From positions 1 to 30,042 of IMG/VR virus record IMGVR_UViG_3300035494_000115: 30,042 nt of DNA; one strand, written 5' to 3'. Source of the DNA: a virus (taxonomy: Duplodnaviria; Caudoviricetes). A program made the translations under genes and the position numbers. Under the pieces are notes generated by a model, which was given only the letters and a program-made list of their open reading frames with translations, did not search any database and was not told where the DNA came from. Below, piece after piece: positions 8,919-18,230 of this stretch; positions within the stretch are counted from its first letter, which is position 1, and each line of letters starts with the position of its first letter.

Positions 8919-9347
8919 ATGCAATATCTTGAGCTAAAGAAATCTGTTTCAGCGATTTTGCGGGGTGATAACTCCAAAACGGAAGAGCTGCTCACGACCG
9001 ATAATTCTTATCTCAAGATGGCGATACGCGACGTATGTATGCGAACTATTCCGAAGCGTCTTATCTCCAAATGGGATGAGACGAAAACGGACGTGTTTCG
9101 CCGCATATACAGCACGCTTGAAGAGGATGTTGAGTTGCGGTACTCACACCACTACATCAGGCTCCCTATCGTCTCTATTGCAGACGACGCGGAGATTGAT
9201 ATGGATGAGGAGCTTACGCAAGCCCTCATCTTCTTCATGTGCAGCTATATATCAAACAAGAAAGACACAAATTACGTAAAGAGCGCCGAAACAATCATCA
9301 ATCTGTACGACTCTACGGCGGTGGATATTGAGCAATACAGTTTGTAA
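8919..9347 (+). CDS. putative head-tail adaptor
   Basis: 142 aa directly after the capsid gene; helical N- and C-termini (EIDMDEELTQALIFFMCSYIS...AETII) around a beta insert. Confidence 0.55.
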   Translation: MQYLELKKSVSAILRGDNSKTEELLTTDNSYLKMAIRDVCMRTIPKRLISKWDETKTDVFRRIYSTLEEDVELRYSHHYIRLPIVSIADDAEIDMDEELTQALIFFMCSYISNKKDTNYVKSAETIINLYDSTAVDIEQYSL

Positions 9348-9492
9348 TTGCGAAGACCTCAAAGCCCTTATGGAGCTTATGGCGGAGAGCATTAAAGAAA
9401 AGATCGCGCAAGAGATGCAAGCAAACAACGAAAAGCTTGTTAGCGACATAACGGCAGCGCTTTTACAGGCTACACAAAGCTCTAACTCATAG
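9328..9492 (+). CDS. small helical protein (54 aa) absent from the ORF track
   Basis: TTG start after GGTGG gives MSNTVCNCEDLKALMELMAESIKEKIAQEMQANNEKLVSDITAALLQATQSSNS, filling the apparent gap. Confidence 0.6.
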   Translation: MSNTVCNCEDLKALMELMAESIKEKIAQEMQANNEKLVSDITAALLQATQSSNS

Positions 9493-9526
9493 AGCGTTTA
9501 ACGAAAATTCTATGAGGTAGAACCTC
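9481..9526 (+). terminator. hairpin, possible terminator or processing site
   Basis: TCTA-A-CTCATAGA ... TCTATGAG-G-TAGA inverted repeat; no + strand U-tract. Confidence 0.35.
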
Positions 9527-9554
9527 AAAAAAATCAATACAAAAGGAAAATCAC

Positions 9555-10139
9555 ATGGCAGACAATGTGACCACAGAACAATTAGAATTAGCGTTGCAGC
9601 AACTAGCTAATCAGATGGGTTTATCGACGGTTGAGTATGTTCAATCGCTTGGTTATGAAACAGTTGCAGAAGTGCAAGCAAAAGTAGATGCGCTTCAAAC
9701 GCAGATCGACGCAATCGTAACGATCGACGAAAACGACGGTGTTGAGACACTAGCGGAAAAAATCGAACTTCTTAACGCTCTTTTAGCAGCAGAAGAGGGG
9801 GCAACACAAGAGATTTTAACGCGTCTCACAAACATTGAGACGGCAATCGCAGGGCTTGCGGACATTGAAACACGTTTAGCGGCTTTAGAGGCAGGCGATG
9901 CGGTAAGCACGGACGTTCAAGCGGCAATCGACGCAGCAAAAGCGGAAGCGATCACTACGGCGGCAACTTACACGGATGCAAACGTACTTAAAGCCTCTTC
10001 GATGGATATTTGTTTGATCGCAAACAGTTTTAGAGCGGGCTTAGGTTTGGCGCTAATTGATTGTTCGGCTCAAGCAGGCGGCGGTGAGGGTGGAGACCCA
10101 GAGGGTGGAGACCCAGAGGGTGACGGGTTCGTAATCTAA
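9555..10139 (+). CDS. acidic coiled-coil virion protein (fibre/whisker-like)
   Basis: AAGGA RBS; heptad repeats (RLTNIETAIAGLADIETRLAALE); GGDPE-repeat tail. Confidence 0.75.
   Translation: MADNVTTEQLELALQQLANQMGLSTVEYVQSLGYETVAEVQAKVDALQTQIDAIVTIDENDGVETLAEKIELLNALLAAEEGATQEILTRLTNIETAIAGLADIETRLAALEAGDAVSTDVQAAIDAAKAEAITTAATYTDANVLKASSMDICLIANSFRAGLGLALIDCSAQAGGGEGGDPEGGDPEGDGFVI
10086..10121 (+). repeat. 15-bp in-frame repeat (EGGDP)
   Basis: GAGGGTGGAGACCCA twice plus GAGGGT. Confidence 0.85.
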
Positions 10140-10141
10140 CA

Positions 10142-10204
10142 ACCACCAAATAGGTACCAAATAGCCACCAAAGAGCAACCAAATAGGTACTAGGCTTTGG
10201 TGGT
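10142..10204. repeat. four 11-bp direct repeats closed by an inverted copy
   Basis: CCACCAAATAG/GTACCAAATAG/CCACCAAAGAG/CAACCAAATAG at 10143-10186, then CTTTGGTGGT at 10195-10204. Confidence 0.85.
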
Positions 10205-10218
10205 AAAAAAGGATAAAT

Positions 10219-10590
10219 ATGTACACAAAAAAGAAAGGTTTTTTGAAGTTAGGCTTCAATACGGCAAATCTTGTTTACGGCGACGTAACGCCCGACGACA
10301 ACGAGAAAAGACGCTTGGTCGAGACGGTCGTATTGTCGGCTTTTAACACAAGTTCAAACACGGCAGCACCAACCGTATTTTTTAGATTAGACCCGATCAC
10401 GGGTTCGACTGATCCGATCATGTATATTGCAAAATTCAAAGTTAATCTTGGAACAGACATACAGGTACACAACATTAACCTTGTCGTCCCCGAAAACTAT
10501 AAATTTCGCGTAGTGTGCTCTAGTGCAGGTGATTATTTGGCGGTAAACGCCACATACGTGGAAATGCCACATCAAACTTTAGGAGAATAA
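10219..10590 (+). CDS. hypothetical beta-rich virion protein
   Basis: AAGGA RBS; alternating beta-strand pattern. Confidence 0.7.
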   Translation: MYTKKKGFLKLGFNTANLVYGDVTPDDNEKRRLVETVVLSAFNTSSNTAAPTVFFRLDPITGSTDPIMYIAKFKVNLGTDIQVHNINLVVPENYKFRVVCSSAGDYLAVNATYVEMPHQTLGE

Positions 10591-10594
10591 AAAA

Positions 10595-10948
10595 ATGGCT
10601 TTGTACAAAAAAGAGGTCGTAGTGAGACCAAACTCAACGGCAACGTATGAGCAGGCAATCGCAGCGACGAGAAGCGTTGTAAACGGTTTTCAAAATGCAG
10701 CTTCAAACAGCAACGGAAGCGGCGGTTTTGTGGATTTTTTCTTTGCGGATTTGTTCGACTCAAGAGACGGAAACGTTTATCGTGTGTTTAGCGACGCATG
10801 TGCAACGGAGTATTCTATGCCTACGGAAGCAGGCGGCTTGATTAAATACGACATTGTAAACAATGCGGTAATCGAAGATCACGAGACAAGAATTGAGGTG
10901 TTGGAAACAACTAGCGGCGGCGGCACGGAAGCCTATGTAATTGATTAA
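10595..10948 (+). CDS. virion protein, paralog of 11443..12030
   Basis: AGGAG RBS; ADLFDSRDGNVYRVFSD motif; C-terminal DHETRIEVLE coiled coil. Confidence 0.75.
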   Translation: MALYKKEVVVRPNSTATYEQAIAATRSVVNGFQNAASNSNGSGGFVDFFFADLFDSRDGNVYRVFSDACATEYSMPTEAGGLIKYDIVNNAVIEDHETRIEVLETTSGGGTEAYVID

Positions 10949-10965
10949 AAAAGGGAGATAAAAAA

Positions 10966-11433
10966 ATGTTAAACATGTTTATGAGATCGGAAAAAGAAGC
11001 ACCTCTAACACACGAGGAGATGGATACAAATCTAAACAATATTTCGAGCGCGGTAAAAAGCTTTGGGCAAGCATCACTTGCAAATAACTATTCGCCGATT
11101 ATCGGGTATCAAGTGTGCAACCTTGACGATGGAGAGGACTATATCGTAGTCAAAGCTCATGTTATCGGAAAAGGTTTTATGAGCGCTACATACAAAGTCG
11201 TGTTTGATGGAGTGAGCTATGTAGCTTCGCGCGTTGAGTCGGAAGTACCTGCGCGAGGAGAACCCGCAAGCGTAATTATTCAATTTTGGGATGGCAACGT
11301 AGCCGAGGTTCTCTTAGGTCTTGAGTACGGTAGCACGGATCGCTTCTTTTCATCTGTTCAAAAATTCACACGCTCACAAATGCTTATGATCAACGAGGAA
11401 GCTGTTTTGTATGAAGCTCCGATGCAGTCATAG
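10966..11433 (+). CDS. putative tail fibre/spike-associated protein
   Basis: N-terminal RSEKEAPLTHEEMDTNL resembles the R..K..PLT..E.D.N motif seen at the N-termini of phage fibre/spike proteins. Confidence 0.6.
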   Translation: MLNMFMRSEKEAPLTHEEMDTNLNNISSAVKSFGQASLANNYSPIIGYQVCNLDDGEDYIVVKAHVIGKGFMSATYKVVFDGVSYVASRVESEVPARGEPASVIIQFWDGNVAEVLLGLEYGSTDRFFSSVQKFTRSQMLMINEEAVLYEAPMQS

Positions 11434-11442
11434 GGGTGTTTT

Positions 11443-12030
11443 ATGCCTTACATTGAAAGCGGCTATGTAGATAGCGGGTATTTTGAGGGAGACGGTGGTA
11501 CATTGAGCGTATCAAGCGTGAAACATTTTCGCGTGGACGTAAAAAAAACATCCTCAAAAACAAAAGAAGAGGTGCTTAGTCTTGCCGAAGCAGAGGTGGA
11601 AGCAAGACAGGCTCAAGCGGGGGATGCGGTAGCAGTATATGCAGACGTTTACGACGCGCGCGATAAAACGATCACGCGTATTTTCTCAAACATTGCAAAA
11701 AGTGCGGGCTTTGGAGACGGGAACATCCCGTTTGGGGGAGACGTAGAACAAGTAACGCAAGAGATCACGAACGCAACTACGGCTTTAGCTCAAGAGATCA
11801 CGAACGTAAACAACTCTTTTGCTCAAGAGATTACGAGGGTGGATGGTATGTTTCAAACGGCGCTCAAGCCAAAACTAAGACTTGTTAATCCGTTTGATGC
11901 GCTTGTTTTAGACACAGAACTTACGGCAAACGAAAACGTATATACGTTCAATTTCGACACGTCAGCTATTGGTAACGGTGATTACACCCTAGAGATCAGT
12001 TTTGAGCCAACGGAGGCAGAAAATGGCTAA
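11443..12030 (+). CDS. virion fibre-like protein with hendecad repeats
   Basis: YIESGYVDSGYFEG N-terminus; ADVYDARDKTITRIFSN; three QEIT 11-aa repeats (33-bp period from 11758). Confidence 0.7.
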   Translation: MPYIESGYVDSGYFEGDGGTLSVSSVKHFRVDVKKTSSKTKEEVLSLAEAEVEARQAQAGDAVAVYADVYDARDKTITRIFSNIAKSAGFGDGNIPFGGDVEQVTQEITNATTALAQEITNVNNSFAQEITRVDGMFQTALKPKLRLVNPFDALVLDTELTANENVYTFNFDTSAIGNGDYTLEISFEPTEAENG

Positions 12031-14605
12031 GGGTATAGCGCATAAAAGCAACGGGGTTTTAACCCCCGTTACGCATCAGGAAGATGATAATATCGCATAC
12101 GAGGTAAAGCACGGAGAGATCGCTGCTACGCCAAAAATACCACTCTTTGAAAAAGTAAAGGGTACGGTTACTGTAAAAAATCCACTCGATCCACTTGAGG
12201 AAAAAAGTTTCACAGCTACTTTAACAAAAAGCATAAAAGGGAAAACAGATAGGTTTAAAGAAATTGATCCCGATACAAACGAAATTACGGAAACGGAAGT
12301 TGTTATTTATGAGGAAATTTTCGCTTTAGATTTGGATACCCCTTTTGCTGCAAAGCCCGTAGTAGCGAAAAAATCAGATATTGACATGGTTGCGCTACAA
12401 GCAATTTTCCCCGTAGAGGATTATGTTTTCGATAAAAACTACATCATGTTTGAGATCGAAAGCTTACAGTATGTTTTACCATACTTTTACGACAGAGCAG
12501 CAGGCATGGACAGTTCGGAGTTATCCGCATTTATGAAAACTGATATTTGGATACAGCAAGAGAGCGTAAGAGGCGTTTTGCGTGCAGGTTATATTGGGCT
12601 TGTTGGTGCATACGGAAAGACTCACAGATTTTACAGACTATTTGGTAAGACCGATGCTTCATTTACGATGCACAGAATGATGCAAATTTTCAATGAGGCA
12701 AAATACACGCTGCACCCAGAAGATCGCTTTAAAAATGATGCCTACTACATAAACATGACCAACCCGTATTCAGACGGAGATCATTATGATTTGCAGATTG
12801 TTTTTTTGTGGTACGATGTAGAGTTCGTAAAATATTTACAGAATGGAGATGAAAACGATCAAGCTTTAGAACTTCTTGACTACTTGTATCAAGAGGGGAA
12901 AATATGGGCAGAGGCACCAGATCCCGAACAGCAAAAGCATCCTTTATTTAGAAACGAGGTAAGAATTGCTGCTTGTGGGTTTACTCACTATCATAATGAG
13001 GGCATATTTTATGAGGCATCGCCGCCCGTTTATGAGGGCAATTGGGATGATGACGAAGTCGTTAATAGGTATTGGTTCGGAGCCTATGATTTAGTTTCAA
13101 AAATAGCGCAGCAGCAGGAGATGAAATTTTCTTTTTACAACATAAATCAAGATAAATACTATGTGCCAACGCCGTATGCTTCGATGCAAATACCTATAAA
13201 AAGATTGGATGAAATGCTTGCTAAAGGCATGGTAATTGGTGTTAAAGCAAACAAAATCCCTTATGGATTTACAGAAGAAGCATGGTTTTTAGCTTTAAAC
13301 GGTGCAATTTACACGGATAGCACTTTCAAAAGCGTAGGCGGACGCGTAGAGATCGTAAACGGAAGATCAAACTTAGAAAGCCACGACGATGAGTCTTTTA
13401 GGGTTTGGAAAAAGCTTGGTAACGACATTATAAGCGGTGGTGTTTACGATAAAACTACGAACGTGTTGCTCAACCCTAGTGAGTATGGCTATTTGTACCC
13501 AATGATAGTAAGGCATCTTGGTAGTAATGCAGTTGTAAAAATTGAAGAAAACGGTTTTTCGTTGAGCAATAACATAATCAGCGGAACCGCATCAAGGGTT
13601 AGTGTTGTTAAAGAATTTGCAAGTTATGGATTTGCCCATATTCCTACAATTTCCTTGAGTATTGAGACTCCAAAGGTTATAGAAGTAGGTTGGAAAACAA
13701 AAACGCAATATGCAGTCAGCGGTACTATTTCAGAGCATTGGATTGATTATTTACGCGGCGGAATTATAGGCAAAAGCTTCAATAACAAAAACTATGAAGT
13801 TGATATTGCAAGCATTGACGCTTACTTCGACCCTGCGATAGATTTTATATCAGGTGCAAGAAAAATTGACGGGCGAATAACGCCTCAAGGCGTTTTGGCT
13901 CAAACAAAAAGCGAAGACAAATTACTGCTTCTTAGAGAGTTGTTATCGTATTCGGAATATCACGACGATTTTGCGGGGAGTTATGTTTCTTTCGTGTCAA
14001 ACATAATGAATTACGACCTAAAGCGGTCGGCACTAGAGGAGGACTTCGATTTAACAACCCTCAAGCTTCAAATTGACGGGAACGTAATATCTGTACCTAT
14101 GCAAAATCCCGCGATTGTGGAATTGAAGCAAATGGCGCAAGCGGTTTATCAGAAATTAAAATCGGAAGCCTCTACGCACTTCCCCGAAAGTTGTGCAAAA
14201 TATGCGGCTTATCAGGTGTTTGCAAGCAATGTATCGCGCCTTGATATTTCTCTTTGGAGTATAGGGCATGTACTTATGGAATATCACGAGGATTGGCATT
14301 GTAGATTTTACTACGATGGACAGCCAATTTTAACTTATGTTTACAGCATTAACGACAGCGTTTTTTCATTGTTTGATGAAAGCGGCTACCATCCTGTTGA
14401 TTGCACTCTCACAGCCCTAGAAGAAACTCCATACCAAACAGACGAAGCGGTTGCGGTGATGCAAAATTTCGTATTTAACCTAGACGGTTCGGTAGAGTTC
14501 GACATATCGTTTGAGTCTCTTGAGACGGGCGAGCCTATAGCAAAACCCGATTTTGTAAAATATATAAATCTAAACAACGGCGTTGCGCTTTTTGGAGGTG
14601 AATAA
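12023..14605 (+). CDS. large hypothetical protein (860 aa), probably tail or host-recognition
   Basis: ATG at 12023 after GGAGG, preferred over TTG 12002. Aromatic/acidic-rich and visibly AT-richer than the flanks; no domain recognised. Confidence 0.75.
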   Translation: MAKGIAHKSNGVLTPVTHQEDDNIAYEVKHGEIAATPKIPLFEKVKGTVTVKNPLDPLEEKSFTATLTKSIKGKTDRFKEIDPDTNEITETEVVIYEEIFALDLDTPFAAKPVVAKKSDIDMVALQAIFPVEDYVFDKNYIMFEIESLQYVLPYFYDRAAGMDSSELSAFMKTDIWIQQESVRGVLRAGYIGLVGAYGKTHRFYRLFGKTDASFTMHRMMQIFNEAKYTLHPEDRFKNDAYYINMTNPYSDGDHYDLQIVFLWYDVEFVKYLQNGDENDQALELLDYLYQEGKIWAEAPDPEQQKHPLFRNEVRIAACGFTHYHNEGIFYEASPPVYEGNWDDDEVVNRYWFGAYDLVSKIAQQQEMKFSFYNINQDKYYVPTPYASMQIPIKRLDEMLAKGMVIGVKANKIPYGFTEEAWFLALNGAIYTDSTFKSVGGRVEIVNGRSNLESHDDESFRVWKKLGNDIISGGVYDKTTNVLLNPSEYGYLYPMIVRHLGSNAVVKIEENGFSLSNNIISGTASRVSVVKEFASYGFAHIPTISLSIETPKVIEVGWKTKTQYAVSGTISEHWIDYLRGGIIGKSFNNKNYEVDIASIDAYFDPAIDFISGARKIDGRITPQGVLAQTKSEDKLLLLRELLSYSEYHDDFAGSYVSFVSNIMNYDLKRSALEEDFDLTTLKLQIDGNVISVPMQNPAIVELKQMAQAVYQKLKSEASTHFPESCAKYAAYQVFASNVSRLDISLWSIGHVLMEYHEDWHCRFYYDGQPILTYVYSINDSVFSLFDESGYHPVDCTLTALEETPYQTDEAVAVMQNFVFNLDGSVEFDISFESLETGEPIAKPDFVKYINLNNGVALFGGE

Positions 14606-16038
14606 TGGCTAAGTATGAACAAGGCAACTACATTGTAGAGACCTTGAGCGGCGGCAGGGTAAGAGTTTATCCAAAATATGCAAATGTTGCATCCATAAAA
14701 ATAGGAGTGAGCAACTCATTTTTTACGCTTGGGCTAGAGGATATAAAAAACGCAACCACTCCCCCCGTTTTTAAAAACGTAATAAGAGACGATACAGAGG
14801 CGAGAGCGGGGTATTGGTTTGCAAGCCCGTTGGATGCGTACACATACGGCGATAAGCCGTGTTATGAAACATACAGCGGCGAGGCTATAACAACCAACGC
14901 AGACGGAGTGAAGTATAAGACGCTAACGGGATACAAAAAGCACCTTTTGGATTGGGAAATATACGAGGCTTCGTTTGATATACGCCTTATTTACCACGAT
15001 ACGGGGCGTACAATGTGGAATAGTTCTCCACAAAAAGTTGTTTTTCCGTCGGGGATTTTTGCACCAGAAGCTCCAATAAATGCGAACTCAAAACTCTTTT
15101 TCTCGGGTAGGGGTACGGCTTTTTATTTCAATAGAAATATAAACGGATTTGATGTTTACGACCTTAGAGATATAAAACAAAGCCCGTCATATAAGGCATC
15201 GCCGTCGGAGTCGAACGCTTTAATAAGTGCTTTAAATCAAGCTATTGACGACCTTATATCCGAAAACTATTTAATGAGAGAGGGCGAGGTTGCTTTAGCA
15301 GTCGAGGGGTACGCAAGCGGCAATAATGTACTTGTAAGGCTTAATAACGGAATGGTTTTAGAAATCGTATATTCGCAATCGCCTCAAGAAACAAAAGTTA
15401 TCTACAAAGAAGTTCTCCCCTACACTAGAGCCATAAGAATTACGGACGGTGTTGTAATTGAGGCTCAAACGCAGTTTTGCGTCGGTTCTGATGGAGAACT
15501 TGCCTACGGAACACCTAGTCATGCTCCAACGGCATTTAGCGGGTCAGTCACAACGGGCTTGTCGTTCGGTGGAAAATTAACTTTCAACGGGCTTATTGCT
15601 GGTTCGGGTATAGCAACGTCGATCCCGACACATTGGTGCCACATAAACAACGTAAATGTTGCTAATTACAATTGGGTTCAAAACAACCTAGGCGGATACA
15701 TTGAAAACTACGGATCGGATCAATGCGGCGAAAAACTTTTGTCCATTGAAACAGCAAGATACTCTTTTTCAAAAATTGCAGGGTTCGGAGGCGGTGTTTT
15801 TTCGAGCGACGTAAGCGAATTTGGCATGGTGTCCACAAGCACAAAAGACGTTTTAAGCGCAAACAAAATACCGTTATCGCAAGGCTTGGCTAATGCTCTA
15901 TTGGCTACGCAATCAGGCGAAAACACAAAAGTTGCGCAGGCGTTTAAAAAAACACTTTCGGATCACCCTATGCACCTAAAACAAGACGGCGCAGACGACG
16001 CAACGGGTTTGATAGTAGTAATTCAAAAATCAGAATAA
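14605..16038 (+). CDS. hypothetical protein (477 aa), probably tail
   Basis: GGAGG RBS, TAATG coupling; G/S/N-rich beta-type C-terminus. Confidence 0.75.
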   Translation: MAKYEQGNYIVETLSGGRVRVYPKYANVASIKIGVSNSFFTLGLEDIKNATTPPVFKNVIRDDTEARAGYWFASPLDAYTYGDKPCYETYSGEAITTNADGVKYKTLTGYKKHLLDWEIYEASFDIRLIYHDTGRTMWNSSPQKVVFPSGIFAPEAPINANSKLFFSGRGTAFYFNRNINGFDVYDLRDIKQSPSYKASPSESNALISALNQAIDDLISENYLMREGEVALAVEGYASGNNVLVRLNNGMVLEIVYSQSPQETKVIYKEVLPYTRAIRITDGVVIEAQTQFCVGSDGELAYGTPSHAPTAFSGSVTTGLSFGGKLTFNGLIAGSGIATSIPTHWCHINNVNVANYNWVQNNLGGYIENYGSDQCGEKLLSIETARYSFSKIAGFGGGVFSSDVSEFGMVSTSTKDVLSANKIPLSQGLANALLATQSGENTKVAQAFKKTLSDHPMHLKQDGADDATGLIVVIQKSE

Positions 16039-16048
16039 GGAAAAACAG

Positions 16049-16609
16049 ATGAGAAAGTACAATGTAAATCAAGAGTTCAACGTAGTTGTCTCCACCAAAG
16101 CTACCCTTTACGGGGCTTTGGCGGGAGATTTTGAGGTGTATTACGCACCTACGAACAACCTCACAAACAGAACGTCGGTTGCGGGCGGACTTACGGAAGC
16201 AGTCGAGACAATCGACACGCCAAACACCGCTACGCTTGCGGCAAGTGCAGCATACGGCTCACAGCTTCTTATGGCTCAATCAGGGCATACAATTGAAGCG
16301 GGCGACGTGATCGAGTACGCTACGGGCAAAATGGCTTATGTGGCGAAAGTTGTCGGAGAGAAAATCTATCTAAGAACCAAACTACAAACGGGCGTAGCAT
16401 CAGGCGCTACGATCACGCAAGTAGGAAACACGGGGCTTTACAATACGGTTGATTTTTCGATCCCGTCAATCGGCGAGTATCTCGTAACTATCGAAGCGCC
16501 CGAATACGGCATTATGGTTGAGAGTCGTGTAGGTATCGTCGAAGAGAGTGAGGCGACACCGATCGACGGCGACGCTCCTATCTATTCAGAGATCGCGGTA
16601 GCATACTAG
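16049..16609 (+). CDS. hypothetical virion protein (beta-rich)
   Basis: AAGGA RBS; T/A/G/V-rich. Confidence 0.75.
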   Translation: MRKYNVNQEFNVVVSTKATLYGALAGDFEVYYAPTNNLTNRTSVAGGLTEAVETIDTPNTATLAASAAYGSQLLMAQSGHTIEAGDVIEYATGKMAYVAKVVGEKIYLRTKLQTGVASGATITQVGNTGLYNTVDFSIPSIGEYLVTIEAPEYGIMVESRVGIVEESEATPIDGDAPIYSEIAVAY

Positions 16610-16610
16610 C

Positions 16611-17219
16611 ATGGTTGTTAGAGTAGATACCACAAACCTTACAAAGGGGCTTGATTTTAGCGTTATCGTCCATACGGACATAGAGCCTACGGTATCGCTC
16701 TACGGCTTCAACACTTCGACCCACGAGGTTGAGGTGTTGGACTTTAATCCATCACAAGAGGGGGCATTTTGGAAATTTTCTTCAAAAGCCCCTTATTTTG
16801 ACGGATTTGTATTAGCTACAATTAACTCAAAGTCGATTTTGGCGAAAAAGGTAGGCTACCCCTTGCCTCACTTCGTTATCGGGCATAAAGCGGGCTACAC
16901 GGTTCCGTTTGAGGTGTTTGATTTAAGCGGGGTAAAGACAAAAGAGGGGAGCCTTGCGAGGATTATTGACGGGTTTTACTACACGCAGCTTGATTACGAT
17001 ATGTGTGTGGTGAAAACTTTAAACAAGAGATTTATCGTCAAAAACGACACGGGCAAGCTTGCCTACGATGTGAGCCTTGGCGATGCAACTCTTGGGGATG
17101 TTACACTCCCCGAGTACGACCTTGGATCAACACTTGGGGAGGCGACGCTTGCGGATATACAACTTAATGAAATTCATACGGATGCGGTCTTGGCGGACGC
17201 AACGATAACGGGGTACTAG
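16611..17219 (+). CDS. hypothetical virion protein with LGDAT-like 5-residue repeats at the C-terminus
   Basis: LGDAT LGDVT LPEYD ... LGEAT LADIQ LNEIH ... LADAT. Confidence 0.7.
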   Translation: MVVRVDTTNLTKGLDFSVIVHTDIEPTVSLYGFNTSTHEVEVLDFNPSQEGAFWKFSSKAPYFDGFVLATINSKSILAKKVGYPLPHFVIGHKAGYTVPFEVFDLSGVKTKEGSLARIIDGFYYTQLDYDMCVVKTLNKRFIVKNDTGKLAYDVSLGDATLGDVTLPEYDLGSTLGEATLADIQLNEIHTDAVLADATITGY

Positions 17220-18230
17220 ATGGATTACGAAATTTTACGCGAAACGCTTAGGATTACGCTTGACGAAGTTGCTTTTAGGAAAGACGAAACCACGGGCGAC
17301 AATATATCAATCGTGCATAAGTCGCAAGAAGATTTGAAAGCATATCTTGAAGAAAACACTTCAATAAGCGACGATGAAAAAGCAAAATACTATTCAAAAT
17401 TTCTTACCGACATTGTAACGGGCGTGACGATACAAGCGATCAACGTAGCAGGGCAAGCGCCCCTTATGGACGCACAAATCGACACGCTTCGGGCGGAAAC
17501 GGCTCAAAAGATTATATCAATGCAGAACGAGGATAAGGCGCGCATGAACGATAGCGCGGTGAACGTTGCAAAAGCAAAAGCAGATATAGAGTCACTCATC
17601 CCCGCACAAGTATCAAAGATCAACGCAGAGATCGCCGCGCTTGCAAAAGATGCGGAACTTAAAGCAAAAGAGATCGCAATCAAAGAGGCGGAATTACCTC
17701 TTATGCAAGCGCAAGTTTTAACCGAACAGCAAAAAGTTTTAGCGATGCAAGCTGAAACGGCGCTCAAAGAGGCGGAACTTCCGATAAGAGAGAAGCAGCT
17801 TGAAATAGAAACTTCAAAGCTTGAGTTGATGGAAGCAGAGATGGAAATAAAACTTAAAGAAATCCCTCTCAAAGAGGCGCAAGTTAAAATCGCAGAGCAA
17901 GACGTAAAACTCAAAGAGAAACAAGTGGAGCTTACGGGGGCAGAAATCAAGCTCAAAGAAAAAGATCAAGACCTCAAAGAGCAAGAGCTTGACAACATGC
18001 GCGACATGATGGGATTTGAGAAAGATAAAATCATGATAGCACTAAAAGAACTAGAGCTTAAAACGGAAGAAACAAGAGGGCGGCTAAAGCTAACCGAGGC
18101 GCAATCGAGACTTACCGAACAACAAGCCGATGCCGTAAGGGATAGCTTGGAGTTACAAAAAGAGATCGAAGAAGCAAGAAATGAAAAAGACATATCGGTA
18201 GCGGAAATTTATGTAGGAGCAAAAGCATGA
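17220..18230 (+). CDS. long coiled-coil protein, putative ejection/pilot protein
   Basis: K/E/Q heptads with 28-aa proline-punctuated repeats (KEAELPL / KEAELPI / KLKEIPL). Confidence 0.65.
   Translation: MDYEILRETLRITLDEVAFRKDETTGDNISIVHKSQEDLKAYLEENTSISDDEKAKYYSKFLTDIVTGVTIQAINVAGQAPLMDAQIDTLRAETAQKIISMQNEDKARMNDSAVNVAKAKADIESLIPAQVSKINAEIAALAKDAELKAKEIAIKEAELPLMQAQVLTEQQKVLAMQAETALKEAELPIREKQLEIETSKLELMEAEMEIKLKEIPLKEAQVKIAEQDVKLKEKQVELTGAEIKLKEKDQDLKEQELDNMRDMMGFEKDKIMIALKELELKTEETRGRLKLTEAQSRLTEQQADAVRDSLELQKEIEEARNEKDISVAEIYVGAKA

Noticed and set aside
8895-8932. Capsid stop readthrough or frameshift extension
   Set aside because: TAG readthrough adds only a few residues before TGA; no convincing slippery site, and fusion to the next gene would need +1.
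10143-10186. Repeat array considered as a mini-CRISPR
   Set aside because: The 11-bp units are contiguous with no spacers, and there are no cas genes.
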